Notes: generated by a model not told the origin, from the sequence alone. DNA of 64,000 nt from Geopsychrobacteraceae bacterium (GCA_963676795.2 CAXXTB010000002.1:2368001-2432000); one strand, 5' to 3'. Numbered from the stretch's first letter, positions 8,557 through 17,627 are shown. A program made the numbers and translations.

Positions 8557-9885
8557 CTATGCGATCGAACGCAGCTTGATCTGTTGCCGCTCATGATGGA
8601 CCCGTTCTTCACGCATCTCTTCGGCGGCGTTGGCGATCTCGAAGAGGAAATAGGCTCCCCCCTCGTAGAGAGTATCGTTCTTCAGGGCACTGCCGATCTT
8701 TTCGTAGTTTGGGAAACCACGAATCACCGCCTTTTTGTGAACGCGGTGAGCAAGCGCCTCGCAATGATAATTGCCGATGATCAGATCATAGTCTGCAGCC
8801 ATTTTTTCGGCATCTTCGAGATCACCGACGATCACCTTGTCTGCCACTATTTCGCTCAGCACCGGCGAATCGACCGTCGCAATCGCCAGTGTCACCTTAC
8901 CACCCGCCTCCCTCAAGGATGCGGCCATGGCCACCAGGTGATCCGGTTCCGCAACCAGCAGGAAACGGGTCTGGCCGATGGAGAAATGGCTGTCGAGCAA
9001 GGCATCCTGAAGGCGCTTGCGCCAACGCGCCACCGTTGCCGGAGGCAACTCCCTGGCGCTGACTTCTAACAGCCAGGCAACCAGATCATCGCTGCCCACC
9101 AGGCCGCTGACATGGTTGAAATGCTGATGCCTGATCGCCGGATTCTTCTTCTGCAGGGTTTCGGCAACAGTTTTGACAGAGCCACCGATGGTGAGAATGA
9201 CAGCGGCATCAGCCAGATTTTTAATCGCTTCGACGGATACCCCTCCACTGCTCAGGGACGCCTGTTTTTCTCCCAAGTGACCATCCAGAGAGGATGAAAG
9301 GTCGGGGATAGCGACCACCTTGAAGCCGAAGGACTCGAGCAGTTCGACAACCTTCTCGACCTCGATCGGATGCATGCTGACATGGGGAACCAGGACAATT
9401 TTTTCGCTATCGATCCGGTCGCAGGGTTCGGTCAACTGACTGATCAGCGCCTTGGTCGTCAGGGTCCAGCCACTCTCCAGCCCGCCTTCGTAATCAGGGG
9501 TGTTGACATAGACCAGCGGCACATCGATCTGGCTGGCGACACCGCGGATATCGTCCCCCTTGGTTTCAGGCATTCCGGTGGTGTGCAGACCGATCAGTTC
9601 CGGGGTCACCTTGTTACGGATATTCTTGATCGACTCAACGATACTGTAATCGCCACCATCGAGCACCGCAGTCACATCGGTGACCGCGGTGGTCTGGAGA
9701 GCGATCGGCTCACAGAAGTGGCGGGTGAACATAACCTTGGCAAAACTGGCACAGCCCTGAGCACCGTGCATCAGCGGCATGCAGCGGTCAACACCGAGAA
9801 AGGCCAGGGTTGATCCCATCGGCTGGGTCAGCTTGTGCGGATTGACCTGCAGCGGTTTGACTTTTTTGCGGATTACTTCTCCCAT
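8557..9885 (-). CDS. nifN: Nitrogenase FeMo-cofactor scaffold subunit NifN
   Basis: NP.KL.QPMG, PLMHGAQGCASF, RHF.EPI.LQTTA, ETKGDD, IPDLS.SLDGHL, VGDLED. Confidence 0.92.
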   Translation of the reverse strand: MGEVIRKKVKPLQVNPHKLTQPMGSTLAFLGVDRCMPLMHGAQGCASFAKVMFTRHFCEPIALQTTAVTDVTAVLDGGDYSIVESIKNIRNKVTPELIGLHTTGMPETKGDDIRGVASQIDVPLVYVNTPDYEGGLESGWTLTTKALISQLTEPCDRIDSEKIVLVPHVSMHPIEVEKVVELLESFGFKVVAIPDLSSSLDGHLGEKQASLSSGGVSVEAIKNLADAAVILTIGGSVKTVAETLQKKNPAIRHQHFNHVSGLVGSDDLVAWLLEVSARELPPATVARWRKRLQDALLDSHFSIGQTRFLLVAEPDHLVAMAASLREAGGKVTLAIATVDSPVLSEIVADKVIVGDLEDAEKMAADYDLIIGNYHCEALAHRVHKKAVIRGFPNYEKIGSALKNDTLYEGGAYFLFEIANAAEEMREERVHHERQQIKLRSIA

Positions 9886-11225
9886 GGTGCTTTCCTTTCA
9901 ACCAGTCTGAAAACCGGATTGAGCAGTGAATTCTTGAGATCCTCGGCCATCACCAGCAGCCCGTCGTAACCACCGTAGCTCTTCTTTTTCTCCTGGTTGA
10001 CGTCGGTAAAGGCAATCCGCTTCTTGATCGCGGTGTAGAGGGAACGGCCACCAGCGAGCAGCAGATGAGCGCCGGTATCGTCGATAACCTTGGCCTGTTG
10101 GCTCGCCGGGGTGGTCATCAGGATGGCCTTTTCCCCCAGATACTCGCGGGCCTTGGCGATATCGGCCTCAGTCGACTTGCGGATCGAGGTGGCGACGACT
10201 TCGATCCCCAGATCCTGCAGCGCCGCCGCGATCGACCAGGACTTGTTGCCGCCGGTATTGAGAACCGCCTTCTTGCCGGCGAACAGTTCACGGTAGGGAA
10301 GCAGTTTTTCCTGCAGGCGGGCCTCTTCACGGGCGACCAGCTTGCGTGCCCGTTCGATCAGATCGGTATCGCCGAGGGCTTCAGCAATGGCCATAATGCC
10401 GTTGGAGGTGTCGGTCATACCGTAAAAGGAACAGGAGATCCAGGGGATGCCGTACTGTTCCTGCATCTTGCGGGTCATCGAGATCAGTGACTTGGCACAG
10501 ATGATGACATTGAGTTTGGCGCGGTGGGCGGTGCGCAGCTGACTGATCCGCCCGTCGCCACTGAAGGTCGACAGGACACGGATCCCCAGCTCTTCAAGCA
10601 GGTGCTTGTACTGCCACAGCTCACCGGTGTTGTTGTGCTCGCCGATCAGGTTGATGTCAAAAGGGGTCGTTACTTCAGGTTCAGCCGTTCCGACCAGATA
10701 GCGCAGTACCGCATCCCCGGCAATGCGACTGCCAAGGTTCTTGCCGCCGACAAACCCCGGGGCATGAACCGGCACACAGGGAACAGCGTGTCTCTCAAAG
10801 GCCTGCCTGCAGACGGCATCGATATCATCCCCGATCAGCGCGGTGACGCAGGTCGAATAGACGAACACCGCCTGCGGTGCATAGTTTTCAATAATATAGT
10901 CGATCGATTCGGCCAGCTTCTTCTCACCGCTGAAAACGACATCGTTGATGTTGATATCGGTGGCAAAACCGGTCTGGGTCAGGTCACGCCCCTTCCAGCT
11001 GGTCGGGGTCAGACGCGTTTCCCAGGCTCCGCCGACGCAGGACATCGGTCCGTGAACCAGGTGAGCGGCATCAGCAAGAGGAAACAGTGCGATCTGGGCA
11101 CCATCGATAGCGCAGCCTCCGGTGGTATCGCCCGGCTTGGGGGCATTACAGGAGACCTTCTTATCTTTATTGTGCTCGCAGGCACTCTCGACAAGTAACT
11201 CTCTGACCTTGGGTTTTGTTGACAC
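9873..11225 (-). CDS. nifE: Nitrogenase FeMo-cofactor scaffold subunit NifE
   Basis: GGCAIDGA, HLVHGP.SC, YSTCVTALIGDD, GFVGGKNLG, TGG.KSWS, F.DVNQE; lacks the NifD FRQMHSW motif. GTG start. Confidence 0.92.
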   Translation of the reverse strand: MSTKPKVRELLVESACEHNKDKKVSCNAPKPGDTTGGCAIDGAQIALFPLADAAHLVHGPMSCVGGAWETRLTPTSWKGRDLTQTGFATDININDVVFSGEKKLAESIDYIIENYAPQAVFVYSTCVTALIGDDIDAVCRQAFERHAVPCVPVHAPGFVGGKNLGSRIAGDAVLRYLVGTAEPEVTTPFDINLIGEHNNTGELWQYKHLLEELGIRVLSTFSGDGRISQLRTAHRAKLNVIICAKSLISMTRKMQEQYGIPWISCSFYGMTDTSNGIMAIAEALGDTDLIERARKLVAREEARLQEKLLPYRELFAGKKAVLNTGGNKSWSIAAALQDLGIEVVATSIRKSTEADIAKAREYLGEKAILMTTPASQQAKVIDDTGAHLLLAGGRSLYTAIKKRIAFTDVNQEKKKSYGGYDGLLVMAEDLKNSLLNPVFRLVERKAPWEK

Positions 11226-11324
11226 GACATTTTCCTTTCGGTTTGCTCTTCAATGGATGCGAGCCCGTCGCGCCTTTGGGATGGGGGAATTCATGAACAG
11301 CGTTGCTTTACGTGCCCTATATCC

Positions 11325-11340
11325 TGCAAAACCTCTGCCA
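11325..11340 (-). promoter_or_regulatory. Sigma-54 (-24/-12) promoter of the nifE operon
   Basis: Minus strand TGGCAGAGGTTTTGCA (GG-N10-GC), about 100 nt upstream of nifE. Confidence 0.8.
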
Positions 11341-11544
11341 ATTGAAAAGAAGCAATAAAAGGCAATAAATTTTACGTCCTCACTCCAGACCTGAATATTT
11401 TATAGACAGACTGATGATTTGTTTTGCAGCACAAAGTTAAGGCCTGACGAAAATTTCCGACAAACTATTAATGGACACAAATTTTAAAATAGACTAATCT
11501 CAGATTATCGATTTTGTAAAAACCTGAAATGGAAATAAGGGAGA

Positions 11545-12786
11545 ATGATGAAGTCCATTTTCCTTCTCATCTTACTGCTCAGCATCGCTACGGGCAGCCT
11601 GCGAGCGGCAGAGTCTCAGTTTCAGACGGAAACCGTACTGACTTACTTCGATACCCCTGCGTCCAGCCTCTATACAACCGGAAACACTGTCTATGCCTTT
11701 CAGGCCGACGTTTCACCTCAAGCCGGTCCCGGCCTCTCATTCCATATCAACGGCAAAGGACTGATGACCCAAACCGACGGTCGCCGACACAACGACATCA
11801 GTCAAGCCGAACTCGAACTCGGCTATCTAGAATATCGTGGAGATCGGGCCGGCTTCAACGCCCGTCTCGGCAGACAATATATCCACGAAGGAACACTGGT
11901 CAATGTTATCGACGGGATGAAAATTCAGTCGAGCCTGGGCAACTATTTCAGCGCTTCCATGTTCGGTGGCCAGCCGGCAAACATCTACAATGCCGGCGAA
12001 CAGATCGCCGCTTCGACCTATGGCGGCCGTTTGACCAATTTTTCCCGCTGGCATCGTTTCAGCCTGAGTTACCAGAAGTTCGAATCCTCCGAAACAATCG
12101 AGGAGGTTGGAGGTCTCAACCTGAAAACAAACCTCCCTGCTGGCTTGACCCTGACGGGACAGTCTTACTATGACATGATCAATCACATTGAACGTTCCCG
12201 TGACCTCCGGCTCTCATTCAGCAAACGCTGGATAAGTCCACTCTTACGGTTGCTCAAAAGAGACACGAGCAAACAGGACAACTCCCCCCTTGCCATTGTC
12301 GCGGGCAATAATCAGGATTTCAGTTATCTGGGGACAAAACTCTCCCTCCCCGCAACTTCCCGGGCAAAACTGTTTCTGAATATCAAAAATTACGACTATG
12401 TCGTTGAAGACAACAGCGCCAGGTACTACTCGTCACGCCTGCACTGGACAGCATCGACAAAAGACTACATGGGAGCTGAAACTGGTTTTATGCAAAGCAG
12501 AAGTAGAAATAACAATTATCAGATCATTCGACTCTATGGCCACTGGACACCATCGACAAACCTCTTCCCCTTTGACAATATTTCCAGCGAGGCAACTCTC
12601 ATCAATTTTCCGCACAGGGAAGCAGGGGCGAACAAATCGGTGTTCATGTCTTTTCGCTGCGGGAAGAATCTTTTCGATGATCAATGGCAAATGGGATTTT
12701 CAGGAAATGTCAATCGGGCGGGGGATCAAGAGACAAGCCTTCTTGGACTAGTAACATTAAGCTATCGAATTAACGGTAACATATAG
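11545..12786 (+). CDS. Putative outer-membrane beta-barrel, divergent paralog of the OmbB-like porin
   Basis: Signal peptide; GYLEY...ARLGRQYI...IDG parallels AYLEK...LRLGRQFI...MDG in the porin at 15993-17228; alternating aromatic/polar strands. Confidence 0.6.
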   Translation: MMKSIFLLILLLSIATGSLRAAESQFQTETVLTYFDTPASSLYTTGNTVYAFQADVSPQAGPGLSFHINGKGLMTQTDGRRHNDISQAELELGYLEYRGDRAGFNARLGRQYIHEGTLVNVIDGMKIQSSLGNYFSASMFGGQPANIYNAGEQIAASTYGGRLTNFSRWHRFSLSYQKFESSETIEEVGGLNLKTNLPAGLTLTGQSYYDMINHIERSRDLRLSFSKRWISPLLRLLKRDTSKQDNSPLAIVAGNNQDFSYLGTKLSLPATSRAKLFLNIKNYDYVVEDNSARYYSSRLHWTASTKDYMGAETGFMQSRSRNNNYQIIRLYGHWTPSTNLFPFDNISSEATLINFPHREAGANKSVFMSFRCGKNLFDDQWQMGFSGNVNRAGDQETSLLGLVTLSYRINGNI

Positions 12787-12794
12787 AAAATATC

Positions 12795-12829
12795 AAAAAA
12801 AATGCCCCTGCATTGCAGGGGCATTTTTT
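12795..12829. terminator. Bidirectional intrinsic terminator between convergent porin and cytochrome genes
   Basis: A-tract + tgcccctgc-att-gcaggggca + T-tract. Confidence 0.85.
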
Positions 12830-12843
12830 ATTTTTTCTAATTA

Positions 12844-15102
12844 TCAGCGACTGCCCGTACCTGGACGTATTGTCCCCAGATAAGTTTGTGCGGCAGCAGA
12901 ATCTTCGGCCGACAATAAAGTCGCCGCTTCCAGAGCTTGGATATCAGCAACAACCGAACCGTCAATAATACCATCGTAAATATAATCAATTGAGTCCCAG
13001 ATCAAGGTCTTCACATAAAAGCGGTTATGTGCATAGCCACCGGGATCATGTTCAAGTAAATTCAGATTAAATGCAGCCCCCATAACATTCTGCCACTCGT
13101 CAACACCGTATGCTGCTCCCCATGTCGTGTAACTGGCACGGGTAGCGGTATCAGCAGAATCGAAGAAATAGGGGTAAGAAGATGAATCGAAATAGATACC
13201 TTTAGATTCAAGTGCTGTAGCAAGCGTATTCAGAGCAGCTACATACTCCTCTTCCTCAGCCATCAGGAATTCAGCCGCAGCAGTCACCGCAGCACTATCG
13301 CCGCCTTGTGCGACAAAAGCCGGACCATGCCCACCATCGTGACACTCAATGCAGACTGTCGCGGTAATAGCAGTGACCTCACCGGTATCGTCATCTTTTT
13401 CAACCGGCAGGAACGCATGGCTCTTCTCCCCGCTCATATGACAGGCAACACAGGGGCCGCTCTCTCCGGTTCCAGGCTCATCGGCAGTCCCGATCTTATC
13501 ATGAGCGAAATAGGTGACATTAGCATAATCCTGGCCGTCGTACTCATACCCGGTCGTGCCAAATAGCTGGCCGCCGGCGGAGAAATAGTGAGAGTTGATG
13601 AAACTGCGAACACCGTCAGCATCAACTGTCTCCTTGACCACTTCACCTGTCTCGCGCCCCAAGTGGCAACCCATGCAGACATTGGAGCCTTCGATATCAG
13701 GGTAAGACACAATAACTGCCGGGTCGTATTCTTCTGTAATCGCTCCCGGATTCCGTAATACACCTTCTTCAACATCGCTGTGGCAGGCCCAGCAGTAGAT
13801 CATCTCATTCTGGCTACCATCCTGAGTTCCAGAGGCAAAATGAGAGAAATCATTGTCGGCCGGGTCATATCCGGTTGGATCATCAGCAAAGTTTGAGAAA
13901 CCGGTCGAAGTATGGCAGCGCTGACAAGAGGTACTCCAGCCTCCATGAATGAATTGATCATGGGTCGTACCGGTGGCAAGGATAGATTCGACCAAAGTCG
14001 TTGAATTGCTATTATTGACGCCATCCGTTCTGGCTACGGCATATTTAGCTTTCAGCAATTCGCCAGCGTGCCCAGATTGAGCCCACTGGGTATGAATCGT
14101 GGAAGTCGCATCCCTTGTAGCATCAGTGGTGTCAGCATAGCGGGTATTCGTATAAAGTTCGTGGCCGTGGCAATCAAAGCAAGGACTGTCACTATTTTCA
14201 CGGATAATATAACCTTCAATAACATCAGGGCTGCCAGGATTATCGTAATGAGTTGTTGCGACGGTCCGATACCAAGACGTATCGTGGTGACCAATCTGGG
14301 CAGTTGCAACTGATGCTACGGTGTCATCCCCACCGCCAAGTTCTCCATCAGCCCCAAGGTCGGTAGAAATATCGTATGATCCGCCAGTTGCAAAGATATT
14401 AGCTCCGGCACCATCAGTCTTATAATTGTGACATGCAGTACATGTTGCAAGTTGCGTTGACGTACTTCCGTTCGGAGCCCAGGCAGGTGCCACTATCATT
14501 TCTTTTGTCAGAGGATTGTGACAGGCCCCACAAACAGGATTATGTAAAATATGATTTCCTTCCGCATCCAGATTCTCAGGGATATTCGTCGCAACATCAA
14601 ATGCATCTTCAATTTCAGTTTCTGTACCCGTAATATCCTTAAGAGCCATAAAACCTTCAGCAGTATGACAACGCATACAAATGCGGCTATCATGGCTCTC
14701 TGCAATCGCTTCAACATTTTCAGCATCACCGCCATTATGAGATGAGGCCAAAACCCGAGAAGCTTGATCCTCATGACAGACTTCACAACGTGCGAGATCT
14801 GGAGAAGGGTAAGGTATCGGGCCGTCACCGTGGTGATACTGTCCGCCGCCATGACAAGCTTCGCAGTCATGCGTTATGGCAGATCCCAAACCGCTGGAAT
14901 CGAGATTCACACCGGCAATGCCATCAAGGAAAGTGTGAGTGTCCAATGTATGGCAAATTGTACAATTGCCAACATTCTCGGCACCAGCGACGCTGGTTTC
15001 TCCTGTCACCTCACTGCCACCGCTTCCGCCGCTGCTGCCACAACCCCAGAGGATTGCGCTAGCCAGCACTGCCATCAGTAGAACCAACCATTGTTTACGC
15101 AT
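12844..15102 (-). CDS. Dodecaheme outer-surface c-type cytochrome lipoprotein, OmcB/OmcC-like
   Basis: Lipobox LWGC after MRKQWLV (ATG 15102, GGAGG RBS); 12 CxxCH motifs counted; C-terminal GAAFNLNLL.HDPGGYAHN.FYVK.LI.DSID. Confidence 0.85.
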   Translation of the reverse strand: MRKQWLVLLMAVLASAILWGCGSSGGSGGSEVTGETSVAGAENVGNCTICHTLDTHTFLDGIAGVNLDSSGLGSAITHDCEACHGGGQYHHGDGPIPYPSPDLARCEVCHEDQASRVLASSHNGGDAENVEAIAESHDSRICMRCHTAEGFMALKDITGTETEIEDAFDVATNIPENLDAEGNHILHNPVCGACHNPLTKEMIVAPAWAPNGSTSTQLATCTACHNYKTDGAGANIFATGGSYDISTDLGADGELGGGDDTVASVATAQIGHHDTSWYRTVATTHYDNPGSPDVIEGYIIRENSDSPCFDCHGHELYTNTRYADTTDATRDATSTIHTQWAQSGHAGELLKAKYAVARTDGVNNSNSTTLVESILATGTTHDQFIHGGWSTSCQRCHTSTGFSNFADDPTGYDPADNDFSHFASGTQDGSQNEMIYCWACHSDVEEGVLRNPGAITEEYDPAVIVSYPDIEGSNVCMGCHLGRETGEVVKETVDADGVRSFINSHYFSAGGQLFGTTGYEYDGQDYANVTYFAHDKIGTADEPGTGESGPCVACHMSGEKSHAFLPVEKDDDTGEVTAITATVCIECHDGGHGPAFVAQGGDSAAVTAAAEFLMAEEEEYVAALNTLATALESKGIYFDSSSYPYFFDSADTATRASYTTWGAAYGVDEWQNVMGAAFNLNLLEHDPGGYAHNRFYVKTLIWDSIDYIYDGIIDGSVVADIQALEAATLLSAEDSAAAQTYLGTIRPGTGSR

Positions 15103-15139
15103 CGAAATACCTCCCCAAGCTAGAGAATGATTTCTTTGA

Positions 15140-15979
15140 TCAATGACACTTGCGGCAGGTTCTGCCGTTGGTGACGTCACTGATGTTATCTTTGATCTTG
15201 TCCCAATCTTCAGGGTGCGGGTTGAAACCGTAGGCACCTCCCCTGGCGCTGTGACATCGCAGACAGACATCCCCATCGGGGTGGCAGGCCTGACAGGATG
15301 CCAGTGATTTTCTTGCCTCGCGAGCATGGCCGACGGACCAGTCATGGAAACTCATGGTAGCGCCGGAGTGACAGCTGTCGCAGGCTAATGTGTTGTTAAA
15401 ACCGGCATGGATCATGTCGATATCGGTACCTTCCAAACCCAGATCAAAGGTTCTTCTATGTGACGGACTACCGATATCTCCGCTCGAAAAACGCCAGTCA
15501 TCATGGCAGTCGCTGCAGAAACGCGTCTCATGACAGCTGTAACACCGGTTGCTGTCGGCCCTGGCGGCAAGCGGATGACTGACATGAAAATCGCTACTAT
15601 GAACGTTGCTCAGGCTGTTGGTGTAACTCCCCTGTTCATGAGCAAAGCCAGACTTGTGACAATCGAGGCAGTCATTCTGCTGATGACAGGAGGTACAGTT
15701 GGCTGCGGTACCCGTTGCCGCCGGTCCGTGATCAAGAGCCCAGAGAGGCCCATGAGTCATCCGTGCCGGAAACTGGACAGCATCGACATCTTCCTGCTCA
15801 TGACAATCGAGACAGACCGATACCTTTGGGGCGATAGTCTCTGCGGTCGAAACGTGGCAGACGGTACAGTCGTCTCCGACAAATTCGGTCACATGGGCAT
15901 TATGGTCGAACTCAGCAGCCCAGAGCGGGGCAACCATAGACACCAGCAGAATCAGAACCAATAAGGCTGTTCGAGTCAT
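15140..15979 (-). CDS. Periplasmic decaheme c-type cytochrome, OmaB-like
   Basis: Signal peptide; 10 CxxCH motifs counted in 279 aa; lies between the porin and the lipoprotein cytochrome. Confidence 0.85.
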   Translation of the reverse strand: MTRTALLVLILLVSMVAPLWAAEFDHNAHVTEFVGDDCTVCHVSTAETIAPKVSVCLDCHEQEDVDAVQFPARMTHGPLWALDHGPAATGTAANCTSCHQQNDCLDCHKSGFAHEQGSYTNSLSNVHSSDFHVSHPLAARADSNRCYSCHETRFCSDCHDDWRFSSGDIGSPSHRRTFDLGLEGTDIDMIHAGFNNTLACDSCHSGATMSFHDWSVGHAREARKSLASCQACHPDGDVCLRCHSARGGAYGFNPHPEDWDKIKDNISDVTNGRTCRKCH

Positions 15980-15992
15980 AAGGCGCTCCTTC

Positions 15993-17228
15993 TCAGAAAT
16001 TGACGTTCAGTCGAAGCGTACCGCGGTGGTAATAATCCCAGATATCGCTTTCTATATACTCGTATTTGGCCGTGGTGTTGATCGACTTGGTCCAGTCATA
16101 TCGGGCATCGAGCCAGATACGGGTACTGGTTGTTTCGTTCTGATCGCTGTCATCGCTGTCGTAATAGGCAATGTCACGCTCCAGCACATCGAGGTTTACA
16201 CCAAGGCCAGCTCTTAACCGGGGCAGGAATTGATAATTTCCATAGAGCTTGCAGCCATACATTCCCTGCCCGTCGTCATCGCTACGATAGATAGCGGACA
16301 GGTAGCCATAGAGATTTGCTGTCCTGAGCTTCTCCACACCAATTTCCAGAACATCGGCGTCGGAGAACTCATCATAAAACTCATGTGTCAGCCTGGCGAA
16401 ATACTGAAAATCGCGCGACTGTCTCCAGGTCAGCTCAGCCATGAATTCTTCGTATTCTTCAACGGCGAAAACGGAATAGATCGATGTCGATGAAAAAACC
16501 GGCAGAGAATAGAGATATTCAAGCCGTAAGGTGAGGGGAGACGCGATGCGATACTTTCCGCCAAGCAGTGCGTAACTGAGCCGTTCGGAGATGACGTCCC
16601 ACTGCAGTTCGTTATAAATTCGGAGAGAACTGTTCCAGCGGTAGTCCGCGTCGAAACCAATCAGCTCCTTGGCCAGCAGAGCGTTATCCCATTTCTGCAA
16701 GTAAGAACCGTTCATTTCGAGTGAGCCGCCGAGAAAGCTGCCACCCAATTCAAAGCCATCGATCAGGTCGGAAAGATTGTACCCCTCGTAATAGAGGACA
16801 TCGCCGCCGACAAACGCCTTTAGTTTATAGTTCTGCAGGAAAGAATAATCGAGGCGCAGGCCATCCATGATCGAGGCCCCGGCAGAGGTAGCGATAAACT
16901 GTCGCCCCAGCCGCAGGTCGAGATCACTCAGGAGGTTGCGCTTTTCCAGGTAGGCGTAATAGAGCCTGCTGTCGACATCGGCCTCATCGGCAACATCCCC
17001 GGCCAGTCGCCCATAGAACTTGAAATTGTAACCGGAAGAGACCAGATCCTTGATATGCAGCTGAAGATACTGATAGGCAGGAACGGCTGTTTCACTTTCG
17101 GCGGTGTCGTACCATTCCAGAACGGTACCGGATCGTCCTGAATATGTTGCAGCTCCGCTATGATCCGGAAATCCCAGACTCAAAGGTACCAACAGAATTC
17201 CCAGACAAACCCCAAGCCGGATCCTCAT
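15993..17228 (-). CDS. Outer-membrane porin of a porin-cytochrome conduit, OmbB-like
   Basis: Signal peptide, PAYQYL, RLYYAYLEK, LRLGRQF, terminal LNVNF beta-signal; first gene of a porin-cytochrome-cytochrome trio. Confidence 0.8.
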   Translation of the reverse strand: MRIRLGVCLGILLVPLSLGFPDHSGAATYSGRSGTVLEWYDTAESETAVPAYQYLQLHIKDLVSSGYNFKFYGRLAGDVADEADVDSRLYYAYLEKRNLLSDLDLRLGRQFIATSAGASIMDGLRLDYSFLQNYKLKAFVGGDVLYYEGYNLSDLIDGFELGGSFLGGSLEMNGSYLQKWDNALLAKELIGFDADYRWNSSLRIYNELQWDVISERLSYALLGGKYRIASPLTLRLEYLYSLPVFSSTSIYSVFAVEEYEEFMAELTWRQSRDFQYFARLTHEFYDEFSDADVLEIGVEKLRTANLYGYLSAIYRSDDDGQGMYGCKLYGNYQFLPRLRAGLGVNLDVLERDIAYYDSDDSDQNETTSTRIWLDARYDWTKSINTTAKYEYIESDIWDYYHRGTLRLNVNF

Positions 17229-17518
17229 GCGACCTCCTATTCACTAGTCAGGAGTGAACAGCTCAAGGGCACCGGTCCACGAAAACCGATACCCTCCCCC
17301 GCAAGGCAGATGCATGACAATCCATAAAATGACAAATTATGTCCTTAGTGGCAGAGCAGGACATAAAGTTTTCTTTATCTATTAAATCAACAATTTTTAT
17401 AAATTCAAGTAAAAATTTCGACATATCGATAACTTACGATTTTAGTCAGGTACTCAACCAAACAACAAAAACAACATAACCAACCAGAATCTTTATAAAT
17501 ATCTACATTACATCTCTA

Positions 17519-17543
17519 AGGTTGCACAATAAACGTGCAACCT
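17519..17543. promoter_or_regulatory. NtrC-type enhancer (TGCAC-N7-GTGCA)
   Basis: aggtTGCACaataaacGTGCAacct, 9-bp perfect arms, about 70-90 nt upstream of the nifV sigma-54 promoter. Confidence 0.65.
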
Positions 17544-17611
17544 GCCTAGATTCTTGGCAGCCTCTCCTGAAATAGACACGGAAAATGTTGTATTTCTGTA
17601 TAAGTACAGCA

Positions 17612-17627
17612 AGGCATGCTATTTGCT
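17612..17627 (+). promoter_or_regulatory. Sigma-54 promoter of nifV
   Basis: AGGCATGCTATTTGCT (GG-N10-GC). Confidence 0.75.

Noticed and set aside
7684..9069. 461-aa plus-strand ORF
   Set aside because: Antisense shadow of nifN/nifQ.
8557..11225. Possible nifD/nifK structural genes
   Set aside because: No NifD FRQMHSW FeMo-co ligand motif and no NifK three-Cys P-cluster set; motifs fit NifE/NifN.
15103..15345. N-terminal 81-aa extension of the 833-aa cytochrome ORF
   Set aside because: Overlaps the upstream decaheme gene; the RBS and lipoprotein signal start at 15102.
17229..17520. GEMM-I (c-di-GMP/cGAMP) riboswitch upstream of the cytochrome operon
   Set aside because: No GGCAAA...GAAA...GACGCAAA pattern found on either strand.
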